From NCBI GenBank assembly GCA_964458995.1, contig CAYWKW010000001.1, positions 3,462-67,461 on the forward strand: a stretch of DNA of 64,000 nt, given 5' to 3'. Source of the DNA: an uncultured bacterium. GTDB lineage: Bacteria > Chlamydiota > Chlamydiia > Chlamydiales > SM23-39. The notes under the pieces were generated by a model. The model was not told the DNA's origin and searched no databases. It saw only the letters and a list, made by a program, of their open reading frames with translations. The position numbers and the translations under genes are program-made. This document shows positions 16,991-25,366 of the stretch, piece after piece; within the stretch, counting starts at the first letter, position 1; each line of letters begins with the position of its first letter.

Positions 16991-18394
16991 ATGAAATTCG
17001 TCAATCGCCATAAAGAGCTGAGACGGCTGGAGCGATTGTTTCGGTCCCGTAAAGCAGGGTTGGCCGTCATTTGGGGCCGGAGGCGCGTAGGTAAGACTCG
17101 CCTTTTGTTAGAGTGGACAGAAAAAAGCAAGGGCGTCTACTTCGTAGCGGATGAATCATCCCCTTCGATACAGAGGAAATTCTTTGCTCTGGCTCTAGAG
17201 CAGGCTTTGCCAAGATTTTCAGATGCAGAATATCCTGATTGGCAATCCTTGTTCATAAGATTGGCCCGCGATGCCCGCCAAGCAAAATGGAGGGGACCTA
17301 TTGTGATTGACGAGCTGCCCTATTTAATTTCTGGGTCCCCGGAACTTTCGAGCATCCTGCAAAAATTTGTCGACCATGAGGCGAAAAAAGCCAACCTTGT
17401 CTTAGTGCTTTGCGGGTCTTCCCGACGGATGATGCAGGGCGCTATTTTAGATGAGTCAGCGCCCCTTTATGGAAGAGCAGATGAACTGATCAAGCTGCAA
17501 CCGATAGCGATTGGTTACATGAAAGAGGCTTTAAAGCTGAAAACTCCAAGGGCTATTGTGGAAGCCTACGCCATTTGGGGGGGAATTCCCCGCTATTGGG
17601 ATTTGGCAAGCAAAGTGGATAGCAATTTGCATGAAACCATCGATCGACTGGTTCTCGATCCGATGAGTCCCTTAAACGAAGAGCCGCAGCGCCTTCTCTA
17701 TGAAGAATCTCCTCCTGCTATCCACCTCAAACCTATTTTGGATGCGATTGGGCTGGGAGCGAATCGTCTCTCCGAGGTAGCGAGCCGTATGGGAGAGCCC
17801 GCCACAGCTCTCGGTCGACCGATTGAGCGATTGATTGAGCTAGATCTCATCCAACGGGAAGTTCCTTATGGAATGGATTTGGAAAACTCCAAAAAAACGC
17901 TCTATAAGATCAAGGACCCCTTCCTCCGGTTTTGGTTCAAGGTGGTTGCTTCCAGACGCAGCCTTTTTTCTCAAGTTTCTCCATCTGTTCGGCATCAATG
18001 GCTCAAGGAGGAGCTCCCTGGTCTATTCGCTACAGCCTGGGAAGAACTTTGCCGTGCCGCCGTCCCCATTCTTTCAGAGGGCTGGGAAGCGATTCACGAG
18101 CCAGCCGGACGCTTTTGGCAAGGACAAGGCCCCGAATGGGACATCCTATCTCAATCTCCCGATGGTCGCTATTTTCTGATTGGTGAAGCAAAGTGGATAG
18201 AGAAAAAGCCATCTGCTCAATGGATACGAAAAACCATTCAAGAGCTGAAAAACAAAGGCATACCTCCCATCAAACGGCATCCTCATGCTCATCTTCACTA
18301 TGTCCTTTTTCTCCCCGAAAAACCCAAACAGCTCTCTCTTCCCCCCGATGTCCGCATCATCGATGCTAAAGCGGTCATCGCTGCCTTGCGCTAA
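16991..18394 (+). CDS. AAA-type ATPase (archaeal-ATPase-like P-loop) with a C-terminal DUF234/PD-(D/E)xK-like domain
   Basis: FVNRHKELRRLERL followed by Walker A GRRRVGKT. Walker B-like VIDELPYL. The C-terminal EWDILSQSPDGRYFLIGEAKW resembles a restriction-endonuclease-like D...E-x-K motif. GGAGG lies just upstream of ATG 16991. Confidence 0.7.
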   Translation: MKFVNRHKELRRLERLFRSRKAGLAVIWGRRRVGKTRLLLEWTEKSKGVYFVADESSPSIQRKFFALALEQALPRFSDAEYPDWQSLFIRLARDARQAKWRGPIVIDELPYLISGSPELSSILQKFVDHEAKKANLVLVLCGSSRRMMQGAILDESAPLYGRADELIKLQPIAIGYMKEALKLKTPRAIVEAYAIWGGIPRYWDLASKVDSNLHETIDRLVLDPMSPLNEEPQRLLYEESPPAIHLKPILDAIGLGANRLSEVASRMGEPATALGRPIERLIELDLIQREVPYGMDLENSKKTLYKIKDPFLRFWFKVVASRRSLFSQVSPSVRHQWLKEELPGLFATAWEELCRAAVPILSEGWEAIHEPAGRFWQGQGPEWDILSQSPDGRYFLIGEAKWIEKKPSAQWIRKTIQELKNKGIPPIKRHPHAHLHYVLFLPEKPKQLSLPPDVRIIDAKAVIAALR

Positions 18395-18404
18395 GAATAA
18401 AATT

Positions 18405-18537
18405 TTTGCTAATCTCCTCGGCTCCTTCATTATCGGCAAGGTCTGCCCACTTATCAATCGTCTTTAAATAAGGTAATTGACAAGTATTTGAAACAGAAAT
18501 GAGAATATCTTCCAAAAGAAAAAGGAAGAAAAAAATA
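18405..18537 (+). pseudogene. Deletion relic of the lipase-like gene (leader, a 30-nt internal piece and the 3' end)
   Basis: tttttgctaatctcctcggctccttc equals the leader at 13349-13375. attatcggcaaggtctgcccacttatcaa equals 13868-13897. tcgtctttaaataaggtaattgacaagtatttgaaacag... equals 14805-14887. The junction falls at the 12-nt direct repeat acttatcaaccg present in the intact gene at ~13886 and ~14793. Confidence 0.85.
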
Positions 18538-19209
18538 ATGAAACTGAGTGTCCTTCTTTTGGCTATTTTGATGATGGCCTGTAGTCAAACACTTCCTCCT
18601 GATTTAAGGGTAAGTGAGAAACAGAAGCTGGCGAATGAAGTCAGAAGAAAAGTTGCAAAACAAATGAAACAAGAGGCGAATTTACGTCCCTGCGGAACTA
18701 TGGGGCAAATGATGAACGAGATCGAAGTTTTAGGATTAAGTTTCTTTTACTTTCAGCCTGTAGATATCGCAGAAGGACGTAAATTGGCTGTTCAAGCAGT
18801 GGAGGCCATGCTCAAGGAAATCAATCAGGAACCACGCATCCGCCCCTATTTGGTTCGCTATCCATTCCAACCTCGTAACGTTCAGATTACAATCCACTTG
18901 CGAAATCCAGACAATTCAGAGCCACCTCAGGAAGCTCTCCAAGTTGTCAGAGCAAGTGAGGGCATGCTTCGTTACAAAATAGACGATTCGACGAGAAATG
19001 GGTTAATCACAATCTACAAAGAAACGTATCAGGAGGCTTTGGATAGACTGGCGGATACATCGCTGCCTTTGGTCCCCTTTGAACCAGATCGCAAAAAGTT
19101 AAGTCCGGAGGAGTGGGCCAGGCTGCGACGAAATATCGGCTTTGTGTCCGACGATGGGTCCATTTACCACCTAGGGGAGAATGGGAGCTGGATAAAAAAT
19201 CCTCAATAG
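18538..19209 (+). CDS. Lipoprotein, paralog 4 (orphan copy behind the hydrolase relic)
   Basis: Start MKLSVLLLAILMMAC (lipobox). The context aaaataATGaaact mirrors the paralog 1 junction. The body is identical to paralog 2 over ~419 nt (18634-19052 = 15652-16070). Confidence 0.8.
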   Translation: MKLSVLLLAILMMACSQTLPPDLRVSEKQKLANEVRRKVAKQMKQEANLRPCGTMGQMMNEIEVLGLSFFYFQPVDIAEGRKLAVQAVEAMLKEINQEPRIRPYLVRYPFQPRNVQITIHLRNPDNSEPPQEALQVVRASEGMLRYKIDDSTRNGLITIYKETYQEALDRLADTSLPLVPFEPDRKKLSPEEWARLRRNIGFVSDDGSIYHLGENGSWIKNPQ

Positions 19210-19221
19210 TGCGGCCCTTTC

Positions 19222-21393
19222 CTACTTTTTTTGGTCAAAGTAGTTATCGATATCCGTGACCTTAAAGTTCTCCCCCTGAAACTCAAACTTTTCTCCAATC
19301 GAGCGCCCCTTCATGGCTTGCGCAAGCTTGGATTGGAAGGAGAGAATGTGCTTCTCAGGATCAGCATCCCAGGGACCAAGGAGGGTGAAACGGAGATGTT
19401 CGCCCTTGGAATCTTGGCAGTGGACAACGGAACCAACCGTTACTTCGTCCGTTGAAACATCTTCCGGTCTTAGGATGCGGGCACGGGCAATCTGATCGGA
19501 AAGAAACTTGAGCTCGGACTGAAGCCGGTCGCGCCGCTCCAGCGCAGCTTTAAATTCGGCGTTTTCACGCAGGTCCCCGAGAGCTCGGGCCGCTTCGATC
19601 TCTTTCGCGTTGTTGACGGTCTCTACGGTGGCTATCTGCTGAATGCGAAATTGAGTCTTTTGATAGCCCTCTTGCGTGGTCCAGATTACGTTCTCCTCTA
19701 GGCCAGAATGATCTTTCTCTTTTCTCAAACGAGTCAAAGAGGGATACACTACTTCCGCAAGTGAATGGAGAATCTTAATATCGTGATCGGTGAGAGAACC
19801 ACATTTGGTTGATAGAAGGAGATATTCTTTGACCTCATCGATGCTCGATTGCTGCATGATATCACGAACAATCTTGTAGCGGTCCGAAGTGAGGAGCGAG
19901 ATGATCTTTTTGGCCAGGTCGCGGTGCTGAGGCTTCTGCTCGACAAAGTCTAAGATGATTAACAGGCCTTCAAAAAACCGGTTTTTCCCCTGAGCGTCAG
20001 AGAAGGGCAGCTTGGACTTTTTATCGATGATTTTTTGGAAATACCAAACAAAAACTTCAGGGAAAGAGAGGGGATGAATGAGGAGAGAATTGAGCTTTTG
20101 TTTCAAAACTTCTTTTGTTTGAGAAGTATCGAGCTCGCCTAAAATAAAGTCCCTCAGAAGGTTCTGATCAACAGTAAAGAGAAGGTCTAAATAGGTCTCT
20201 TGCCAATCCTTACGAAGCTTTTTGACTTGCTGCAAGGTTCTCTTCTGAAACCCCATCACTTCAATCGAGCGGATGACATCGGGAGCCGTCTGTAAATGGG
20301 CGACCATCTCTGAAATCTGATCGTTCACTTTGGCAACGCCAAGATCTTCTAAGAAAAACAAAACTTGAAGTTTCTGGCTGTCAATCAGCTGTTCTTGAGC
20401 CAAGACTTCTTTAAAACGGGCTTCAAGAGAGGTCTTGAATTCGACGTTTTTCAAAGTTTCTGGGAAGTCGCGCAAGAATGCGTAAACCATTTGAATGGTT
20501 GCATTGACGCTGGGTTTGGCTTCCAGAGCTTTATGCAATGCAACTTCGTGAGGAACGTCTTCTAAAAGCAACCGGAATGGATCCTTTAGCTCTTTGGGAC
20601 TTTCAATTTTTGTATCTTTCTTTAACTTCGCACGGGCGGTTTGCCACCAGCGATTCCAATCGTCTGTGGGAATCACGAGATCGCAAAGCTCTTCTTTGAT
20701 TTCAGCCGCCGTTTTGGGCCCTAAATCAGAGAGCATCATGCGGATGACTTCGCTCGGACTTTCTCTGGCTTCTTTCTCCAAAGCATCGGGTTCGCCAAAG
20801 CGGCGAGAATAAAAGTGTTTAGGCGTTAAAGGAATTAGAGTCTTAAAGGCTTTTTCAAAAGAGAAGTGTTGAGGACCGATCACATATTCGAATTCAAGGG
20901 TCAATTCCTCGCGCACCAAAGAAACTTCGATGATTTCTCCCGTGCCCCATCCCCCCGTATGAAATACGTAGTTCCCTTTTTTCATGTGGGTTAGAAGTTC
21001 GAAATTGCGAATCGCCGACTGAAATCTCTCTCGATTGCGAAGACCAATCAGCCGCAGCTTTTCAGATAAAAGAGGATCGGTCCCATTCAGATTTTTTAAG
21101 TATTCGGTGGCCAAGTCCGCTAGCTCTTCACTATTAGACGTCTCTAAATCGAAAACCAAACGCAAGACCCCGTGCGCGAGAGAAAGGTCTTTAAGTTCTC
21201 TCCACAAAGGAAGAATCCGTTCGACATGAACACCAAAAGGTTTTGCTAAATCGGAAGCTTTAACGCTTTCCAAAACAGCGATCATTTCTTCCCCATCAGG
21301 CTGATCGCCGTAGCAATACTCTTCCCAGATCTTTAGGAACCCGGGATAATCATTATTTTGTATTCGATCGCGAAAATCTTTTAAATAAGCCAT
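19222..21393 (-). CDS. greA: Transcription elongation factor GreA, long chlamydial form
   Basis: The C-terminal ~150 aa are canonical GreA (ALGDLRENAEFKAALERRDRLQSELKFL, VTVGSVV, LLGPWDADPEKHILSFQSKLAQAMKG). They follow a ~570-aa N-terminal extension, as in Chlamydiae GreA (~715 aa). Confidence 0.85.
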   Translation of the reverse strand: MAYLKDFRDRIQNNDYPGFLKIWEEYCYGDQPDGEEMIAVLESVKASDLAKPFGVHVERILPLWRELKDLSLAHGVLRLVFDLETSNSEELADLATEYLKNLNGTDPLLSEKLRLIGLRNRERFQSAIRNFELLTHMKKGNYVFHTGGWGTGEIIEVSLVREELTLEFEYVIGPQHFSFEKAFKTLIPLTPKHFYSRRFGEPDALEKEARESPSEVIRMMLSDLGPKTAAEIKEELCDLVIPTDDWNRWWQTARAKLKKDTKIESPKELKDPFRLLLEDVPHEVALHKALEAKPSVNATIQMVYAFLRDFPETLKNVEFKTSLEARFKEVLAQEQLIDSQKLQVLFFLEDLGVAKVNDQISEMVAHLQTAPDVIRSIEVMGFQKRTLQQVKKLRKDWQETYLDLLFTVDQNLLRDFILGELDTSQTKEVLKQKLNSLLIHPLSFPEVFVWYFQKIIDKKSKLPFSDAQGKNRFFEGLLIILDFVEQKPQHRDLAKKIISLLTSDRYKIVRDIMQQSSIDEVKEYLLLSTKCGSLTDHDIKILHSLAEVVYPSLTRLRKEKDHSGLEENVIWTTQEGYQKTQFRIQQIATVETVNNAKEIEAARALGDLRENAEFKAALERRDRLQSELKFLSDQIARARILRPEDVSTDEVTVGSVVHCQDSKGEHLRFTLLGPWDADPEKHILSFQSKLAQAMKGRSIGEKFEFQGENFKVTDIDNYFDQKK

Positions 21394-21562
21394 GCACCTT
21401 TTCCAAAATAGCGAAAGTTACTCCCAGCGAGTATAGGGCAGAGTTGAAATAATCTTCAATGAAGCTTTATCATTTGCGAAAAAAAGATCGATTCTGCCGC
21501 CAAATCTTTCTTGAAAGAAAACTATAACCCGCCTACCCTTTCCCATCGGTGAGCCAACCCTA

Positions 21563-23725
21563 ATGAAGTTTCTGGTCCTCTTTTTTCTTCCCTTAGCCCT
21601 TCTAGCCGAAGATTCTCTTTGCCTTTGCGAATCTCCCGCGGAGCAGCTCTTCCGCGATTTAGAATTGGTTCACGAGATCGACCAAAAAATTCACGACCGG
21701 CTGCCGCTGATTATCAACTATCAGCTGCAGGGCGGCTATTTTACCATGCCCTCCGCACGCAGTTATGATGCGGGCATTTTCGGATTTGGCTTTGCCTACG
21801 TCCCCCCCTATCACCTCTGGAGTTTAGGGTTTCAATTCTTTGATCATATCGAAACCACAGGCAACTACTGGGTCTTTAAGGGGGTTCCCGACGGGATTTT
21901 TGGCCATTTGGGCTTTGGCGATTCGGCAGAAAGGGCTGCCAATATAAAATTTATTCTACTACGCAAGCAAGACGGTTTTCCCCTCATCCCCAATTTTGCT
22001 TTTGGATGGAATGATTTCATGGGGACCTGCCGTTTTCGCTCTTTTTACGTCGCAGCGACGCAAGAGTTCTTGCGCTACAATTTTGAAGCCACGTTTGGGT
22101 GGGGCAATGGCCGCATTCGAGGCTTTTACGGAGGCCTTGCTTGGACCCCGTTTCACAAATTCGACAATGTTTTTTTAAAAAATCTCTCCCTGGTCGCTGA
22201 ATATGACGCCAATGACTATAGGCGCCACATTCATGAGCACGCCAGGGGCCGCCAAGTCAATAGCCGCATCAATGCGGGCCTGCAACTCAAACTTTGGGAT
22301 TTTTTCCGCCTCTCCGCCAGCTCTCTGAGAGGCAACGATTGGGCTGCCAGCGTCGCCATGAATTACAATTTAGGTGCAACCCAAGGAGTATTTGCTAAAA
22401 TCAAGGATCCGGCCCCCTATTGCGCCCCTGTTGACTTGCAGCCCATCGGCCTCATTCGGAGCCGAGAGGAGCTCGCCCAAGAATTCGCCTATGCCCTTCA
22501 AGAGCAGGGGTTTGATCTCTATAGTCTCTATTTTGTCCCTGGCGACTGCGGCGAGGACCATCTCTGGATGAAGGTCGTCAATGTCCGCTATCGGGAAGAA
22601 GAGGAGGTTCGCAGCCGGATTGAATATGTTCTTGCCGCTCTCACTCCTTCCAATATTTCTACCGTCACTGCTGTTACTGAGGCGGAAGGGGTACCCATCC
22701 ATGAATACCGGTTTCGAACTGAAGATCTAAGGCGCTATGCCGCGGGTTGTCTGGGTGAGGATGAGTCTCGCATCATTGCCCCAATCAGAGAAGTATCTTC
22801 AAAGCCCAAAAAATATGAATCGGCTCTCCTCTACCAAAGAAGAAAGCCGATTTGGTTGCTCACGTTTCGACCCTGGTTTCGCTCCTTTCTCGGAAGCAGC
22901 CGCGGAAAATTTAAATATGAAGTGGGTCTTGCTCTCAATCCCGAAGGCTATCTTTTCGACGAGATCTACTACAATCTCTGCGGAACTTATACGATCAAAT
23001 CGAGCGCCTTTGATATTGATAGCAGCGACTTTATCAATCCTTCCCGCATCATCAATGTCCGCACCGACTCGATCCTCTACAATCAGTCCAACTCCTTCCA
23101 TCTCGACCAAGCCTTCCTTCAAAAGAGCTGGAATATGGGGCACGGGTGGTTTTCCCGCCTTGCCCTCGGTTACTTTGAGATGGCTTATGCCGGAGCCGCT
23201 CTCGAGGCGCTCTACTATCCGGTCCATGCCAATTGGGCTATCGGATTTTCCTCAGCTACCCTTCTCAAACGAGGTTATTATGGCGTAGGCTTCCAACACA
23301 AAATCCGCAAACTCACCTCTGAAGGCCCCATCTATCTGCCCTATGTTGGTTTTCAATACTTCGTGGACTTTTATTATCAATACAAACCCTACAGCCTTGA
23401 TTTTAAAATCAGCGCGGGTCAATTCCTAGCCCGCGACAAGGGGATTCGCATTGAAGGGGGGCGCACCTTCTCCAGCGGTCTGCGCGTGGGCCTCTGGTAC
23501 ACCCTCACGAATGCCGAAGATCGCGTCAATGGCGACCGCTACTATGACAAAGGCTTTTCGATCACGTTGCCCCTCGACATATTCCTCAACCATTCAAGCC
23601 GCACCCGCATTGGCTACTCTATGTCAGCTTGGCTTCGCGACTGCGGCGCTTCTTCAGCCACCGGAAGGCCCCTCTACCCAACCCTCTTCTGGGAACGGTA
23701 CAACTCAAAACCGGTTTTCTACTAA
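21563..23725 (+). CDS. yjbH: YjbH-family outer-membrane exopolysaccharide-associated protein
   Basis: It aligns by eye with E. coli YjbH as recalled from memory. GGYFTMPSARSYDAG matches GLLQTPTARMAREG. GAALEALYYPVHANWAIGFS matches GAGAEVLYRPLDSNWAFGLD. SAGQFLARDKG matches SVGQYLAGDKG. ITLPLDIF...SRTRIGYS matches VSVPLDLF...TRSRAAIG. Size is similar (720 vs ~700 aa). Confidence 0.8.
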   Translation: MKFLVLFFLPLALLAEDSLCLCESPAEQLFRDLELVHEIDQKIHDRLPLIINYQLQGGYFTMPSARSYDAGIFGFGFAYVPPYHLWSLGFQFFDHIETTGNYWVFKGVPDGIFGHLGFGDSAERAANIKFILLRKQDGFPLIPNFAFGWNDFMGTCRFRSFYVAATQEFLRYNFEATFGWGNGRIRGFYGGLAWTPFHKFDNVFLKNLSLVAEYDANDYRRHIHEHARGRQVNSRINAGLQLKLWDFFRLSASSLRGNDWAASVAMNYNLGATQGVFAKIKDPAPYCAPVDLQPIGLIRSREELAQEFAYALQEQGFDLYSLYFVPGDCGEDHLWMKVVNVRYREEEEVRSRIEYVLAALTPSNISTVTAVTEAEGVPIHEYRFRTEDLRRYAAGCLGEDESRIIAPIREVSSKPKKYESALLYQRRKPIWLLTFRPWFRSFLGSSRGKFKYEVGLALNPEGYLFDEIYYNLCGTYTIKSSAFDIDSSDFINPSRIINVRTDSILYNQSNSFHLDQAFLQKSWNMGHGWFSRLALGYFEMAYAGAALEALYYPVHANWAIGFSSATLLKRGYYGVGFQHKIRKLTSEGPIYLPYVGFQYFVDFYYQYKPYSLDFKISAGQFLARDKGIRIEGGRTFSSGLRVGLWYTLTNAEDRVNGDRYYDKGFSITLPLDIFLNHSSRTRIGYSMSAWLRDCGASSATGRPLYPTLFWERYNSKPVFY

Positions 23726-24156
23726 TGTAAATTTTTCGGGGATGTAAACGATCCTCGAGCCTTTAGGCAGAGTTGATTCACTCACAACTCTGTGTGAAGG
23801 AAGCCCAATTTGAAACACCAGAGAATAAAAATTTGCCGCAGTTTGGTTATCTCTTCGGAATGAAGAAGAATAATGGCTTAAAACCGCAGAGATAACAAAG
23901 GGATACATAAAGACTCTGCTTTGTCTAAACAGAGAGGCCGCCCCAAATCCGAAGCTAAGAGAAGCAGAGGCAAAAAAACAACTGCCCCATCTTTGCGCCC
24001 CTCTTTTTGCATCCTCATAGCCAAGAATGCAGAGGGCTTGATGAGAATCCAGGGGTTGATAAGTCACCCCTCTGTGTTTTGCATATACAGGACCAGACAT
24101 GGGCGAAAAATATACCCGAAACTGCTTTTTTAGAATAGCTCCGAATGAGAACCTAT

Positions 24157-24214
24157 AATGTAAAGCCGCTTTACATTTGGTCGAGGGGTCCCCGAAAATG
24201 GTTAGGGTCGGGGA
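24157..24214 (-). repeat. Single inverted-orientation copy of the dispersed palindromic repeat
   Basis: Perfect palindrome aatgtaaagc-c-gctttacatt (24157-24177) followed by tggtcgaggggtccccgaaaatgg. This is the reverse complement of the ...ttttcgggg-cccc...ggt-aatgtaaagc unit at 8759 and 37177. Confidence 0.8.
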
Positions 24215-24343
24215 CTCGGACTCGGACTCGGACTCGGACTCGGACTCGGACTCGGGCAAGGGCAAGGGCAAGGGCAAGGGCATGGACTCGGACTCGGACT
24301 CGGACTCGGACTCGGGCATGGGCATGGGCATGGGCATGGACTC
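24212..24343. repeat. Hexanucleotide microsatellite mosaic (22 in-phase hexamers)
   Basis: Counted directly: 7x GGACTC, 4x GGGCAA, 1x GGGCAT, 5x GGACTC, 4x GGGCAT, 1x GGACTC. The run is uninterrupted and all units are in one register. Confidence 0.95.
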
Positions 24344-24379
24344 GGATATGGGAGGACTGCTTTCTGTTTAGATCGGGCG

Positions 24380-25366
24380 CTAGAGTTGGTCCAGGACTTG
24401 TTTGGCGGCGTAGGTAAAGATGAGGTCGGCGCCAGCTCGCTTGATGCTGAGGAGCGTTTCGTAGAAGACCTTGGGCCCGTTGAGCCAGCCCGCTTGATGG
24501 GCAGCCATAACCATGGAGTACTCGCCGCTGACGTGGTAGGCGGCGATGGGGCGCTTGGTTTGGTCGCGCAGCTTGGCGATGATGTCGAGATAGAGGGTGG
24601 CGGGCTTTATCATGAGGATATCGGCGCCCTCTTCCTCATCAAGGGCGGCTTCGAAGAGGGCTTCGCGCCAGTTGGCTGGATCCATTTGGTAGGTCTTCTT
24701 GTCGCCAAAGCCAAGCTTGACTTTGATGGCTTCGCGATAGGGGCCATAGAGCGAGGAGGCATACTTGGCGCTATAAGAGAGAATGCCGACGTTGGTGTGC
24801 CCTTCCTCATCGAGGGCTTCGCGAATGGCGCCTACACGGCCGTCCATCATGTCGCTGGGGGCCACAAAGTCAATGCCCGCTCGAGCTTGCATGAGGGACA
24901 TTTGAATGAGGCAGTCGATGGTTTCGTCATTGAGGATTTCCCCTTTGGAATTGGCGAGGCCGTCATGGCCGTGGGTTGTGAATGGGTCGAGGGCCACGTC
25001 AGCCATAAGGCAGAGGGTGGGAAGGGAAAATTTGAGTTCGCGAATGGCTCGGGCAAGAAGGCCGTCCGAGTTCCACGCTTCAATGGCATCGGGAGTTTTT
25101 AGAGAGGGGTCAAGGACAGGGAAGAGAGCGACCGATTGGATGCCGCGATCGTGGAACTCCTTGGCTTCTTTGACGGCTAGATCGATCGAGAGGCGCTCTA
25201 CTCCCGGCATGCTTTCAATGGGAATGCGCTTTTTTTCCCCTTCAATGAGAAAAAGGGGGTGGACGAGATCGTGGGCTGTGAGATGCGTCTCTTGCACCAT
25301 TCTCCGAATGGCTTCCGATTTGCGATTCCGTCTGAGACGGATGGGAATATTTAAAAGCTGCGTCAT
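24380..25366 (-). CDS. hemB: Porphobilinogen synthase (delta-aminolevulinic acid dehydratase)
   Basis: RLRRNRKSEAIRRMVQETHL, HPLFLIEG, DVALDPFTTHGHDG, APSDMMDGRV, SYSAKYASSLYGPYREA, MIKPA and YHVSGEY are classic HemB motifs, including the Schiff-base Lys context. Confidence 0.9.
   Translation of the reverse strand: MTQLLNIPIRLRRNRKSEAIRRMVQETHLTAHDLVHPLFLIEGEKKRIPIESMPGVERLSIDLAVKEAKEFHDRGIQSVALFPVLDPSLKTPDAIEAWNSDGLLARAIRELKFSLPTLCLMADVALDPFTTHGHDGLANSKGEILNDETIDCLIQMSLMQARAGIDFVAPSDMMDGRVGAIREALDEEGHTNVGILSYSAKYASSLYGPYREAIKVKLGFGDKKTYQMDPANWREALFEAALDEEEGADILMIKPATLYLDIIAKLRDQTKRPIAAYHVSGEYSMVMAAHQAGWLNGPKVFYETLLSIKRAGADLIFTYAAKQVLDQL

Noticed and set aside
15466-18537. Upstream-extended starts given by the ORF track for lipoprotein paralogs 2, 3 and 4 (MGQAASKYRLC..., MRISSKRKRKKK...) and for the ATPase (16961).
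   Set aside because: The extensions are out-of-frame read-throughs of the preceding gene, or of the hydrolase relic for paralog 4. Internal ATGs give canonical lipoprotein signal peptides and match the paralog 1 architecture.
23705-24371. A 210-aa minus-strand ORF and 64/90-aa plus-strand ORFs spanning the hexamer tract (PMPMPESESES..., DSDSDSGKGK...).
   Set aside because: These are translations of the microsatellite mosaic and the palindromic repeat. The remainder is not protein-like, there is no RBS or family resemblance, and hexamer repeats keep all frames open by construction.
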